Positions 13,646-25,178 of a stretch of 64,000 nucleotides of DNA are shown here, piece after piece (positions within the stretch are counted from its first letter, which is position 1; each line of letters starts with the position of its first letter). A program made the translations under genes and the position numbers. Origin of the DNA: Eledone cirrhosa (taxonomy: Eukaryota); contig OZ024757.1 in assembly GCA_964016885.1 (NCBI GenBank), forward strand, positions 12,772,001-12,836,000, written 5' to 3'. Under the pieces are notes generated by a model. The model was not told where the DNA came from. It was given only the letters and a program-made list of their open reading frames with translations, and did no database searches.

Positions 13646-14854
13646 AAGGTGACGTGGTTGCCTTAACACCGTATGGCATAAATTCAGGCTGTTCAGTTTG
13701 TTTACAAACGAACAAAGCGACGTTAGCGCCGCTAAACTGATACGTGCATATATGTATGTGTACCTGTATGCATATGTATGTATATATGTATATATATATA
13801 TATATGTGCATGCTACTGTACGTCTGTATACATATATGTATGTACGTATACATGCATACTTACATTTAAGTAAGTGCCATACTAAGAGTGAGAAATGAAA
13901 TTTCGTTTTCATTTTGTTTCAATTTATCGTTTTCGGTATGCCTGACCGATTTAACTCACTCAATATGCAAATTAGGCTGCTCAGCCGTTAATTTTCATAA
14001 GGAAAGTATATACTTTCGAACGTTCAACTATCTGGCAGATGGGTAAACGGTGCTGATGATAGCTAACAAGCTTGAAACTAGTACATCGTTCCTGTGTCAG
14101 TGTTGAACAAAAAGGTGACGTGGTTGCCTTAACACCGTATGGCATAAATTCAGGCTGTTCAGTTTGTTTACAAACGAACAAAGCGACGTTAGCGCCGCTA
14201 AACTGATACGTGCATATATGTATGTGTACCTGTATGCATATGTATGTATATATGTATATATATATATATATGTGCATGCTACTGTACGTCTGTATACATA
14301 TATGTATGTACGTATACATGCATACTTACATTTAAGTAAGTGCCATACTAAGAGTGAGAAATGAAATTTCGTTTTCATTTTGTTTCAATTTATCGTTTTC
14401 GGTATGCCTGACCGATTTAACTCACTCAATATGCAAATTAGGCTGCTCAGCCGTTAATTTTCATAAGGAAAGTATATACTTTCGAACGTTCAACTATCTG
14501 GCAGATGGGTAAACGGTGCTGATGATAGCTAACAAGCTTGAAACTAGTACATCGTTCCTGTGTCAGTGTTGAACAAAAAGGTGACGTGGTTGCCTTAACA
14601 CCGTATGGCATAAATTCAGGCTGTTCAGTTTGTTTACAAACGAACAAAGCGACGTTAGCGCCGCTAAACTGATACGTGCATATATGTATGTGTACCTGTA
14701 TGCATATGTATGTATATATGTATATATATATATATGTGCATGCTACTGTACGTCTGTATACATATATGTATGTACGTATACATGCATACTTACATTTAAG
14801 TAAGTGCCATACTAAGAGTGAGAAATGAAATTTCGTTTTCATTTTGTTTCAATT

Positions 14855-14857
<3 letters not shown>
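13646..14857 (+). mobile_element. Second array of HHR repeat family A (~2.6 units, 466-bp period)
   Basis: HHRs at 14047-14089 and 14513-14555; ends in (TA)n. Confidence 0.85.
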
Positions 14858-14888
<31 letters not shown>

Positions 14889-15636
14889 CATATATATATA
14901 TACATATTTATTAAAATAACAGATTAAAGTTTAAGCAAAGAATCGCTGCTTTCACCCTTAACGGGATCTTCTGAAACTAACAAAGTCAATCTGTAAACGA
15001 GAAGCTAACAGTATTCCATAACATATATGCGACTATACTGTCAAAATGGGAAAATAGTTAACATAAGATATGGGAAAATAATTCAGACTCAATTCAAAAG
15101 GAATCAGGATATAGATTTATCCAACAGAATTTAGAGAAATCCAGGGAAAAATCAATAGATCCTTAACTCATGATAAAACAAAGTCTAAAGTACTCAACCT
15201 TCAATTTGGGACAACTTCAAATGCTCTGTATAGTCTTGAAAAGACTATTTCACAAAACCTTTCAGTGGAGATGATCACGGTTGGATTTCGTTCCTCAGCA
15301 GAGCTCAACATGGTAACCAAGGTCTCACTGGTAATATGCCAAAAAGGGAATTTAAAAGCAGGCTAGTTTAACATCATGCGTGGTTATTAAAATAAATGCA
15401 CATGTGGAAAAACAGGGCTGGTGACGTCAGAATGAGACAAATGTTTGTTTACATGAAACAACAGTCAAAAACATTCCGAAAGAAAACTCTACAAAAGGAG
15501 TTCAGCAAAAAGCAATATCATCGCGGTCTTTTTCCCCCAAAAAATACCGGGATTAGTCACAAATAATTTAAGCACTCTAAGAAATAAATCCGAGTATATA
15601 TATACATATGTGTGTGTGTGTGTATATATATATATA

Positions 15637-16847
15637 TGAAAACAAACATAGAATATTCGAAAATATTCTGTATGTTTATAATAAACATTTTGAAGACCCA
15701 ATCGCTATAGAATAGAATACGTCACGTATTACAATTTGAGATTCTCGATAAAAGCAAGGGAAGTAATCTACGCGTTTCATTCTTGTTAGAAATCATCAGG
15801 ATTACATATCCAATGCTTTTATCGAGAACGACACAGCTAGAGACTTATAGAATACTTAGCTGTGTACAGGAACTGGTTTGAAAGAGCGGTAGCCGGTCCG
15901 GCATTAAATCCAAATTCTAATTTCTGCCGGACCGGCTACCGCTCTTTCAAACCAGTTCCTGTACACAGCTAAGTATTCTATAAGTCTCTAGCTGTGTCGT
16001 TCTCGATAAAAGCATTGGATATGTAATCCTGAGGATTTCTAACAAGAATGAAACGCGTAGATTACTTCCCTTGCTTTTATCGAGAATCTCAAATTGTAAT
16101 ACGTGACGTATTCTATTCTATAGCGATTGGGTCTTCAAAATGTTTATTATAAACATACAGAATATTTTCGAATATTCTATGTTTGTTTTCACATATATAT
16201 CGCTATTTCAGAGCATTAAATCCAAATTCTAATTTCTGCCGGACCGGTAACCGCTCTTTCAAACCAGTTCCTGTACACAGCTAAGTATTCTATAAGTCTC
16301 TAGCTGTGTCGTTCTCGATAAAAGCATTGGATATGTAATCCTGATGATTTCTAACAAGAATGAAACGCGTAGATTACTTCCCTTGCTTTTATCGAGAATC
16401 TCAAATTGTAATACGTGACGTATTCTATTCTATAGCGATTGGGTCTTCAAAATGTTTATTATAAACATACAGAATATTTTCGAATATTCTGTTTGTTTTC
16501 ACATATATATCGCTATTTCAGAGCATTAAATCCAAATTCTAATTTCTGCCGGACCGGCTACCGCTCTTTCAAACCAGTTCCTGTACACAGCTAAGTATTC
16601 TATAAGTCTCTAGCTGTGTCGTTCTCGATAAAAGCATTGGATATGTAATCCTGATGATTTCTAACAAGAATGAAACGCGTAGATTACTTCCCTTGCTTTT
16701 ATCGAGAATCTCAAATTGTAATACGTGACGTATTCTATTCTATAGCGATTGGGTCTTCAAAATGTTTATTATAAACATACAGAATATTTTCGAATATTCT
16801 ATGTTTGTTTTCACATATATATCGCTATTTCAGAGCATTAAATCCAA
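15637..16847 (+). mobile_element. Tandem HHR-bearing non-coding repeat, family B (retrozyme-like): 3 units of 310-312 bp (15901-16847) preceded by an inverted partial unit (15637-15903)
   Basis: HHRs at 16023-16065, 16335-16377, 16645-16687 (+) and 15763-15805 (-); many internal hairpins. Confidence 0.88.
16335..16377 (+). ncRNA. Type I hammerhead ribozyme, family B
   Basis: gtaatc-CTGATGA-t-ttct aaca agaa-t-GAAA-cgcg-TA-gattac; stem I extended by a 14-bp helix tctcgataaaagca/tgcttttatcgaga across an internal loop. Confidence 0.92.
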
Positions 16848-16870
16848 AAAATATATATATATATATGTAG

Positions 16871-16991
<121 letters not shown>

Positions 16992-17329
16992 GATACACAC
17001 ACACACACACATATATATATATACACACACACACATATACATACACACACATATATATACATACACACACATATATATACATACATACACACATACACAG
17101 ATATATATATACATACACACACACACATATATACATACACACAGGACGTGCAAGAAATCCTGTTTCATGTGTGAGAAACTATAGTAACTATCGTACCTAC
17201 ATTATAAACACTGGACATAGACTTCATTTCTAGCCTATATACATCTATTAATTATATATACATGTGTAGATCTTTTTATATACACACACGTAGAATAGGA
17301 AAACAGAAAGAAAATATATTTTATTGATC

Positions 17330-18162
17330 TCCTTAACAAGTGTGCTATACTTAGACATATCTATTTGTTTACCTATTGTTGTATTGTATGGATGGACAGA
17401 CAGAACATAATTGCTATGGTGACATCCATAGATGAGGTGTGTGTAATAAAAGTGTTCACTGTCCCAAAATAGAAGATTGCCAGGAAAATCACGTCTGTCA
17501 TCTATGTACCGAACCCAAGAACTATTTCCAAAATAGATAGATTCAATGTGGTAAATGCCATGTTTCTCTCTGTCTACAATGTGCCATAAACTTTCCAAAG
17601 ATCCCAGATAAAAAAAAGAGACACCATATTTCTATGATGGATGGATTTTAGGAAAAGGTGCAGCTACCAAATTGGTCCTTTCAGTCCCTGGCCTGTATGT
17701 CTTCTTATACCATTGCTGTTGAACAACAACACAAACCAACTACCATGTCTTCCCCTACCATTCCTGTTGAAGAACATCAACAAAAATAGACCCTCAATAC
17801 GGAAGTTCGACAACTGATTTCTGCTTTAAGCCAAGAAATAGCAGGAAAACAGTACAGACCCAATGACTTTCGGAAACATCTTTTCATGCTCAGAGTTACT
17901 GAAGCATGGAACCAACTACCTGCATCAGTTGTTAGCTGTCAGGACACTGCATCCTTTAACACTTCCGTCCTTCCTGAAATTCTCCAACATTACACCTGAT
18001 ATTCTCACCTCCATACATGCACGCATGTGTGTTTGTATATCATGACTCAATCACTGTTCACTTTCCTGATATTTCTACATTACTCTATGTACAATACATG
18101 CACCTTTGATGAGTGGTAGTGCACCTGAGCATTGTACACAATAATTTTCATTATTATTATTG
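17330..18162 (+). mobile_element. Internally deleted CR1-type LINE (ORF1 Cys-rich 5' part joined to 3' end with (ATT)n tail)
   Basis: 17390-17700 translates (with lesions) like the 48500-48787 ORF; 17845-18162 matches 40440-40750. Confidence 0.75.
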
Positions 18163-18749
18163 ATTACGGATTGGCAGTATCAGTAGAGTATCACACACCA
18201 TGCTTTGCAGCATAGAGTTATGGCCCTGAGCGTTCTGAGTTCAAATCTCACCTTTTATCATAAATCATCATCATCATCATCATGAAATGCACTGTTGATT
18301 TAATCATGGCACCAACACTAGGATGTTTTCATGTCTTTGAAACCACTACAGAATCCTCTCTATCCTTTGTTTGGAAAGTTTTGTATGACAGGAAGCCCTT
18401 CCTATTACCAACCACATTACAGAGTGTACTGGTTGTATTTTATCATGTCACCAATAATAGAGAGGTTGTTATACCCTTCACACATAATCTCTGTAAACTT
18501 GTATACAATGTAATATTGGGTGTAAATTAATGTTGTTGGTGGGTTGTATCTTTATTTACTTTTACAGAGCTGTATGTCACCCATGTCAGATTAATAAAGC
18601 CACAATACATCCAATCCATGTCAACATAAAGTTGCATGTGGAAAATGTAGTTCCACAATTGAACATTGTACACAGTGTGGAATGACTGTATGTACGGTGG
18701 ATAAATTTAGTAAGTAATTATTTGATAATCTGTCTGTATATTTCCATTC

Positions 18750-19250
18750 ATGACTTAGTGGTTAGTGTGTTTGTCTCATGATCATAAGGTTCTGAGTTCA
18801 ATTCCCAGGAACATATTGTATCTTTGAGCAAGACAGTTTATTTCATGTTACTTCAGTCTACTCAGATGGGAAAATGAGTTGTATTTGTAATTCAAAAAAC
18901 CAGCTTTGTTTCATACTTTGTTATGCTGAATCTCCCTGAGAATTATAATAATGGTGACCGTTATTGTTACTGTAATTCAATGGGCTAGCTATATCACACA
19001 ACATATGAGTGAATCTCTCTTAGAATCACGTTAAGAGAACATATGTCTGTGGAATACTCAGCCACTCTCACTATAATACAAGATTAAAAGGATCAGCTTT
19101 GTCACACACTGTGCCATACTGAATCTCCCTGAGAATTACGCTATGGGTGTACATGTCTGTGGAATACTCAGCCATTTGCACCTTAATTACATGAGTAAAC
19201 TGTTCTGTTATTCAAACAATTGGAACACTCATTGTTAGAACTGACAGATG
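18750..19250 (+). mobile_element. Degenerate tRNA-derived SINE with internally repeated body
   Basis: A/B-box head TGACTTAGTGG...GAGTTCAATTCC and repeated GAATCTCCCTGAGAATT / TGTGGAATACTCAGCCA blocks. Confidence 0.55.
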
Positions 19251-19382
19251 TCTAAAAGAGAGGCGTAACTTCTACTTCCTCAAATTTTCAGGTAGTTGGC
19301 TTCTCCCGCTACTGATGTCCACTGTATTGATGGAGAGGTCAGCAAATATTTGAGAAACTATGATTTATTTATATAAGGGGTC

Positions 19383-20863
19383 TGTAGGAGATAATTTATA
19401 ATGTTCGGGTCATTTCATGGATCCCTTTCAGATATTTTCACTGCATTAATGTAAAGATGACTTGTTAAAGGTAACTAATGAGGATTTGTGTAAGTGTACA
19501 GTGTTTTAGGACACCTTTTATCACTTTCCTTCGCACCTGTATAGAATAATCAGTGCTCACCGATAAGATTCTGTATCATTATGGAGGACACGTGACAGGT
19601 AAATATTACATGAATCAGATGACATTCTGGTGAACACAGATGTGGTCAGTTTAAACTAAAGATTGCCAACATCAACCTTTCTCAAGGAAAGCAGGTGTAT
19701 CTACTCCTATTTCATGTTGGCTATCATGAATTTGTGGCTAGGTCTTTGATAACCAGCTGGTAAAATACAGAGATGGGAGGACAATGTTGCTATATTGTAG
19801 ATTTGGTATAAGTGAAAGACAAAGTTATGAGAAAAACAAATGTCTAATCAGCTGATAGTGAAATGAGATAATTACAATAATGTTAGAATATATAAGATGT
19901 TTTTATAGATAGAAAATATTTATAAAGTTTAACATATTTTGTTGTGGGCCTAAATACTCAGATATGACCTGATATAACAAGAGAAAATATTCACTAAAGC
20001 CATTGTGATCACTAGTTGACTTCTGATGATAGGAATGTCTGAAAATATAAAATATAGATTATAAACAGGAATAGAAAATCTTTACAGTAAAACGATTATT
20101 TATATATGTAGGAGATAATTTATAATGTTGGGGTCATTTCATGGATCCCTTTCAGATATTTTCACAGCATTAATGTAAAGATGACTTGTTAAAGGTAGCT
20201 AATGAGGACTTGTGTAAGTGTACAGTGTTTTAGGACACCTGTTATCACTTTCCTTCTCACCTGTATAGAATAATCAGTGCTCACCGATAAGATCCTGTAT
20301 CATTATGAAGGACACGTGACAGGTAAATATTTGTAAATATTACATGAATCAGATGACATTCTGGTGAACACAGATGTGGTCAGTTTAAACTAAAGATTGC
20401 CAGCATCGACCTTTCTCAAGAAAAGCAGGTGTATCTACTCCTATTTCATGTCGGCTATCATGAATTTGTGGCTAGGTCTTTGATAACCAGCTTGGCTGAT
20501 ATAGAATTAAAAAGAAAATAAACAATATTTATTAGTAAAATACAGAGATGAGAGGACAGTGATGCTATATTGTAGATTTGGCATAAGTGAAAGACAAAGC
20601 TAAGAGAAAAACAAATGTATAATCAGCTGATAGTGGAATGAGATACTTACCATAATGTAATATAAGATGTTTTTATAGATAGAAAATATTTATAAAGTTT
20701 AACATATTTTGTTGTGGGCCTAAATACTCAGATATGACCTGATATAACAAGAAGAGAAAATATTGAATAAAGCCATTGATCACTAGTTGACTTCTGATGA
20801 TAGGAATGTCTGAAAATATAAAATATAGATTATAAACAGGAATAGAAAATCTTTACAGTAAAA
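19383..20863. repeat. Diverged tandem duplication (19383-20092 and 20107-20863)
   Basis: Both copies start tgtaggagataatttataatg and end ctttacagtaaaa. Confidence 0.9.
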
Positions 20864-20890
20864 TGAAAAAACTTGAAAATATTTTTTCAG

Positions 20891-20962
20891 GGTCTCAAAA
20901 TCTTAATGAGAAAGTCCTATTGAAAGTAGCAAAACAATTAGGAAGAAAATGGTTTGAAGTTT
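20891..20962 (+). CDS. Death-domain protein, penultimate exon
   Basis: ttttttcag acceptor, gtgagt donor; SQNLNEKVLLKVAKQLGRKWFEV. Confidence 0.7.
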
Positions 20963-21154
20963 GTGAGTATAAGATTACAGTATCTTGTTGATTTCTATAA
21001 AGTTTACTTTTAACTGAATTGGTAAAAATGGATAAATTAGAAGACACAATATAACTAATATTGTCTTCTAAAACAGGGAATAAAAATCTGTTTGTGTATT
21101 GGGGTAAACAAGTGAGTTAATGGGAATGTTTTTATTTGTTTTTATTGAAACATA

Positions 21155-22377
21155 TTGAAACCTCGATCACAGACAGAATAGGAGACACCAGACACAAGAG
21201 ACAGAGAGGCACCCAAGGTAAGTGCTTCCTTAAAATGCCACACCTGGGCGAGAATACCACCAACGCTATCCGCAAGGCTATACGGAGGGAGGGCCTTGAC
21301 ATCCACCTGGCCCACTCGGGCCCCTTCCTGCGAAGATGCCTCTCCAGGAAACCCGGGAAATCTACTGACGCATGCTCCCTCAGAGACTGCCCGATACGCC
21401 ATGCGAACTGTTGCCTACGCACATATGTCGTGTATGAGATAGAATGTAACAGGTGCAACCAATACTACATAGGTAGCACAATCCGACCTTTGCACATCCG
21501 GATCAAGGAACACACTAAAACCAGGGCCTCGTCTTTCCGGAAACACATAGACAAATGCGGAAACAAAGACGGAAGGCCCATTGTCACAATTCTAGCGACT
21601 GAAAGAAACGTTGGCACGTTACGTATCAAGAAAGCGCTTTTTATCAAACGCCTGGCACCGCAAATAAACAATCGATCAGAGAGAAGCGAAATGAGATGGC
21701 TGGTTTAAGTTAACAAACGATGCAGCAACATACGCACACACACACACACACACACAAACGAGACAACTACACACACACACGCACACACACAGTAGCATTC
21801 CACCATACGAACATACTACACTGCCAATACAGAGGAACAAGACAACAACACACGCACACACACACTCAAGCGAGACAACAACACACGCACACACACACAC
21901 AGTAGCATTTAACAAACAGGCAGAGAATGGACTGACAGCTAGCGCCACCCCACTCCATCATTCGGCCGCTGACCTCTGCCGACCGACCCTATTTCACGCG
22001 CACGCGCGCTCTGCTGAATACCTCAGATATTCAAAACAACAAACAGCGGAGGACGTGTTTCGCACCTGTCCGAGAGACAACCTTTCCCCCACCCCGGAAA
22101 AACCCCCAGTTGATGGATGTGAATCCGAAATATATAGGGACAATTAAATCTCTCCCAAGGTAACTCTCTCTCGTATTGTTATTTTTATTTTATCCTTTAT
22201 ACTCTTTCCTTCATTCTTCTACACATCTTATACACACCACGCATCTCAACGTACACCCACTTACATCTCTCTCTCCACCACCGGATCTTGTTATCCGGAG
22301 ATTTACCCATTTGCATTGTCGAGGCTTCCAAACGACTTAAAGATATTTACCTATTATTCCACAATGCTTCAAGCATA
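21155..22377 (+). mobile_element. 3' fragment of a PLE related to PLE2 (GIY-YIG end to 21708, 3' UTR, HHR-like motif 22103-22140)
   Basis: KCFLKMPHL..NAIRKAIRREGLDIHLAH..VVY..YYIGSTIRPLHIRIKEH closely matches PLE2. Confidence 0.88.
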
Positions 22378-22839
22378 TATATTCAATTTACAGATAGGTT
22401 GTTATTGTTATTTAGTCACGGGTCTGCCATTATCTGCAGATTTATAATAGAGGGTGTTCCAGGTGTGACCACCCTACATTATTCCTAGAGATTGTTACTG
22501 CTTCATTCTTCAGTCATCTTGGTCTTATGAGATGGTATAGTCTTATTGTTAAGGTTATGGTCTTCCTTTGTCCACACTCTCTATCAAAGCCTTCCTTCTC
22601 TGGAAAAAGATTTAATATTCACAACCATCTGTCTATTTGTTTTCTGATGAGAATAAAGTTAATCTAGCTTGTATGTCTACCTGATCAAATGACTGGCTGA
22701 TATCTTGAAGTCATCTACATCATAGAACTGTAGGAGTCTTGATCCCTCAAGCCAAACCTCTAGCCATCATGTACTCCAAAAGAGTCATCTTGGTGCTACT
22801 CAACATGTCCATTAAATTTAGCAGCAAGGATGCCCTCTT

Positions 22840-24172
22840 CTTAGTGAGACAACTACAAGAGAGGTTCTAAGAGAAGAATAAGCTACTATACTTAGCTTTT
22901 GTTGACCTAGAGAAGGCCTTTGATAGAGAACCCCGATCTGTCATCTGGTGTTCCATAAGGAAACTAAGTGTAGGGGAATGGCTTGTGAGGACAGTGCAAG
23001 CTATGTACAGGGGTGCTGTCAGTAAAGTGAGAGTAGGAATGGAGTTTAGTGAGGAATTCCAGATATAAGTAGGTGTACATCAGGGTTCAGTCCTCAGTCC
23101 GCTCTTGTTCATTATAGTCCTCCAAGCCATAACAGAGGAGTTTAAGATTGGCTGTCCATGAGAACTTCTCTATGCTGATGATCTGGTTCTTATAGCAGAA
23201 ACATTAGAGGAGCTAGAGAATAAATTCTGGCTATGGAAACAGCAGTTGGAATCAAGAAGACTGAGATGGAACCTAGCTAAGACAAATGTGTTTATAAGTA
23301 GAAGAGAGGAGAAAACTCTGATTCCGTCAGGGATATGGCCATGTTCGATATGTAGAAAAGGAGTTGGCATAAATTCTATAGAATGTTCACAAGGCAGATC
23401 TTGGGTACACAAGGGATGTAGTGGGATGGCAGGAAAACTGACAGGTAGGGAGAAATACGTATGCAGTACAGGGAAATTTGACAGAAATTGCAGTGATAGA
23501 CACATTTTTCAAATGCAGGTAGGATCTATAGAGGTAGTTGATAGCTTCTGATACCTAGGTGATCAGATTAGTAAGGGAGGAGTGTGTTCCGAGGCCATAG
23601 TATCTAGAATAAGGATGGGTTGGAAGAAGTTTAGGGAGCTGCTTCCTCTGCTGTTGAAGAAGGGTTTCTCCCTACGAACGAAAGGCTGGTTATATGATGG
23701 CTGTGTGAGATGTGTGATGCTGCATGGTAGTGAGACATGGGCAGTGGAGGAAATGTGACGGCTGGAGAGAAATGAAGCAAGCATGCTCCGTTGGATGTGC
23801 AATGTCAATGTGTGTGAATGACCCAGCATAGACGAGTTGAGAGATAAACTGTGTATCAGAGGGATAAGATGTAGTGTGTGGGAGAGAAGACTGTGTTGGT
23901 ATGGATGTGTGGGAGAGAAGACTGTGTTGGTATGGATGTGTGATATGCATGGAGGGTGACCGCTAGGTAATGAAGTGCCAAGATATCCTAGTGGAAGGAA
24001 GACGCAGTAGAGGAAGACCACAAAAAACATAGGGAGAGGTGGTGAGAGCAGACCTGAGATCGCTGAAGCTCACAGAGTAGATGACAAAGGACCGTGACGA
24101 ATGGAGGGATGATGAATAGGACCCGTCCCACCCTTGCAAGCAGGGAAAAGAGGATGTATAATGATGATGATG
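22840..24172 (+). mobile_element. Degenerate RTE-clade LINE 3' part
   Basis: LAFVDLEKAFDR, VGVHQGSVLSPLLF, LLYADDL, HGSETW, (ATG)n tail; stops and frameshifts. Confidence 0.85.
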
Positions 24173-24654
24173 AGGAGGGGGAAATGTTTGTCACTTGTCA
24201 TTGATGTCTTGGTACATTTTAGGCAGAACCATGACTATTTCAGACACTTATCTTGTGATGTTATTGAGGGGTCTTCCATCTCATCCTTTAAACCTTTACT
24301 ATGGATGATATGTTGTGAATGTTGGTTATCAATGTTGGATATTTAAATTCTGCACCAGTTCTGACAATACAAAAACTTCTGCCATTTCTTTGCCATAATT
24401 TTCTCAAGTCTATTTTCTTTAATCTTGTTCTTCTTTCTTCTCCTCACTTTAGCTTCTTTATTTTTGTCGGTATCCTTGGAAACATACAACAATGTTTTAG
24501 AATATTTATGTTAATTATTTCTGTTACTCTACAGCTAGTTACTTTGTTATTTACAACAACCTGTGGTATACATATTTTATATAACTAATCTGTTTAATGT
24601 TGTTGTTGTTGTTGTTGTTGTAGTATTGGTTTCTTATTGTTTTATATTTTACAG

Positions 24655-24860
24655 GTATTCAATTAGAAGTTCCAGCTATTGAACTTGACACAATTAACCA
24701 TAACAACCCTAATGATGTTGTGAAACGGGCTTTTAAAATGTTACGCAGATGGTGTAAAATTAATAAACCAGAAGAATGCACCATAGCCACTCTGAAAGAA
24801 GCTCTAAAAGTAAAAGACTGTTTTGAGGCTCTTCGTTGTCTAGATTCAGAGGAAAACTAG
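24655..24860 (+). CDS. Death-domain protein, terminal exon
   Basis: ttttacag acceptor, phase-compatible with 20891-20962; IQLEVPAIELDTINHNNPNDVVKRAFKMLRRWCKINKPEECTIATLKEALKVKDCFEALRCLDSEEN*. Confidence 0.75.
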
Positions 24861-24865
24861 TCTCT

Positions 24866-24898
<33 letters not shown>

Positions 24899-25114
24899 TT
24901 ATATCTGTGTTCCATTCTAGCATTAGCTGGATGGCTTGTGTTGTCATGGAACGAGACCAGACATTGCTGGATGACGTTTTCAATGACAACCACTTTACAG
25001 AGTGGACGGGGTACATGTTATTGTGGAACCCTCATGATTACTTTACAGAGTGAACAAGGTGTATTTTATTGTGGCAGCAACTCTATCACTTTACACCACC
25101 ACTTTATACCCTTC

Positions 25115-25178
<64 letters not shown>

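Noticed and set aside
13965-13972. Octamer ATGCAAAT in family A units suggesting an snRNA or SL-RNA gene array
   Set aside because: No recognisable snRNA body; the HHR explains the unit better.
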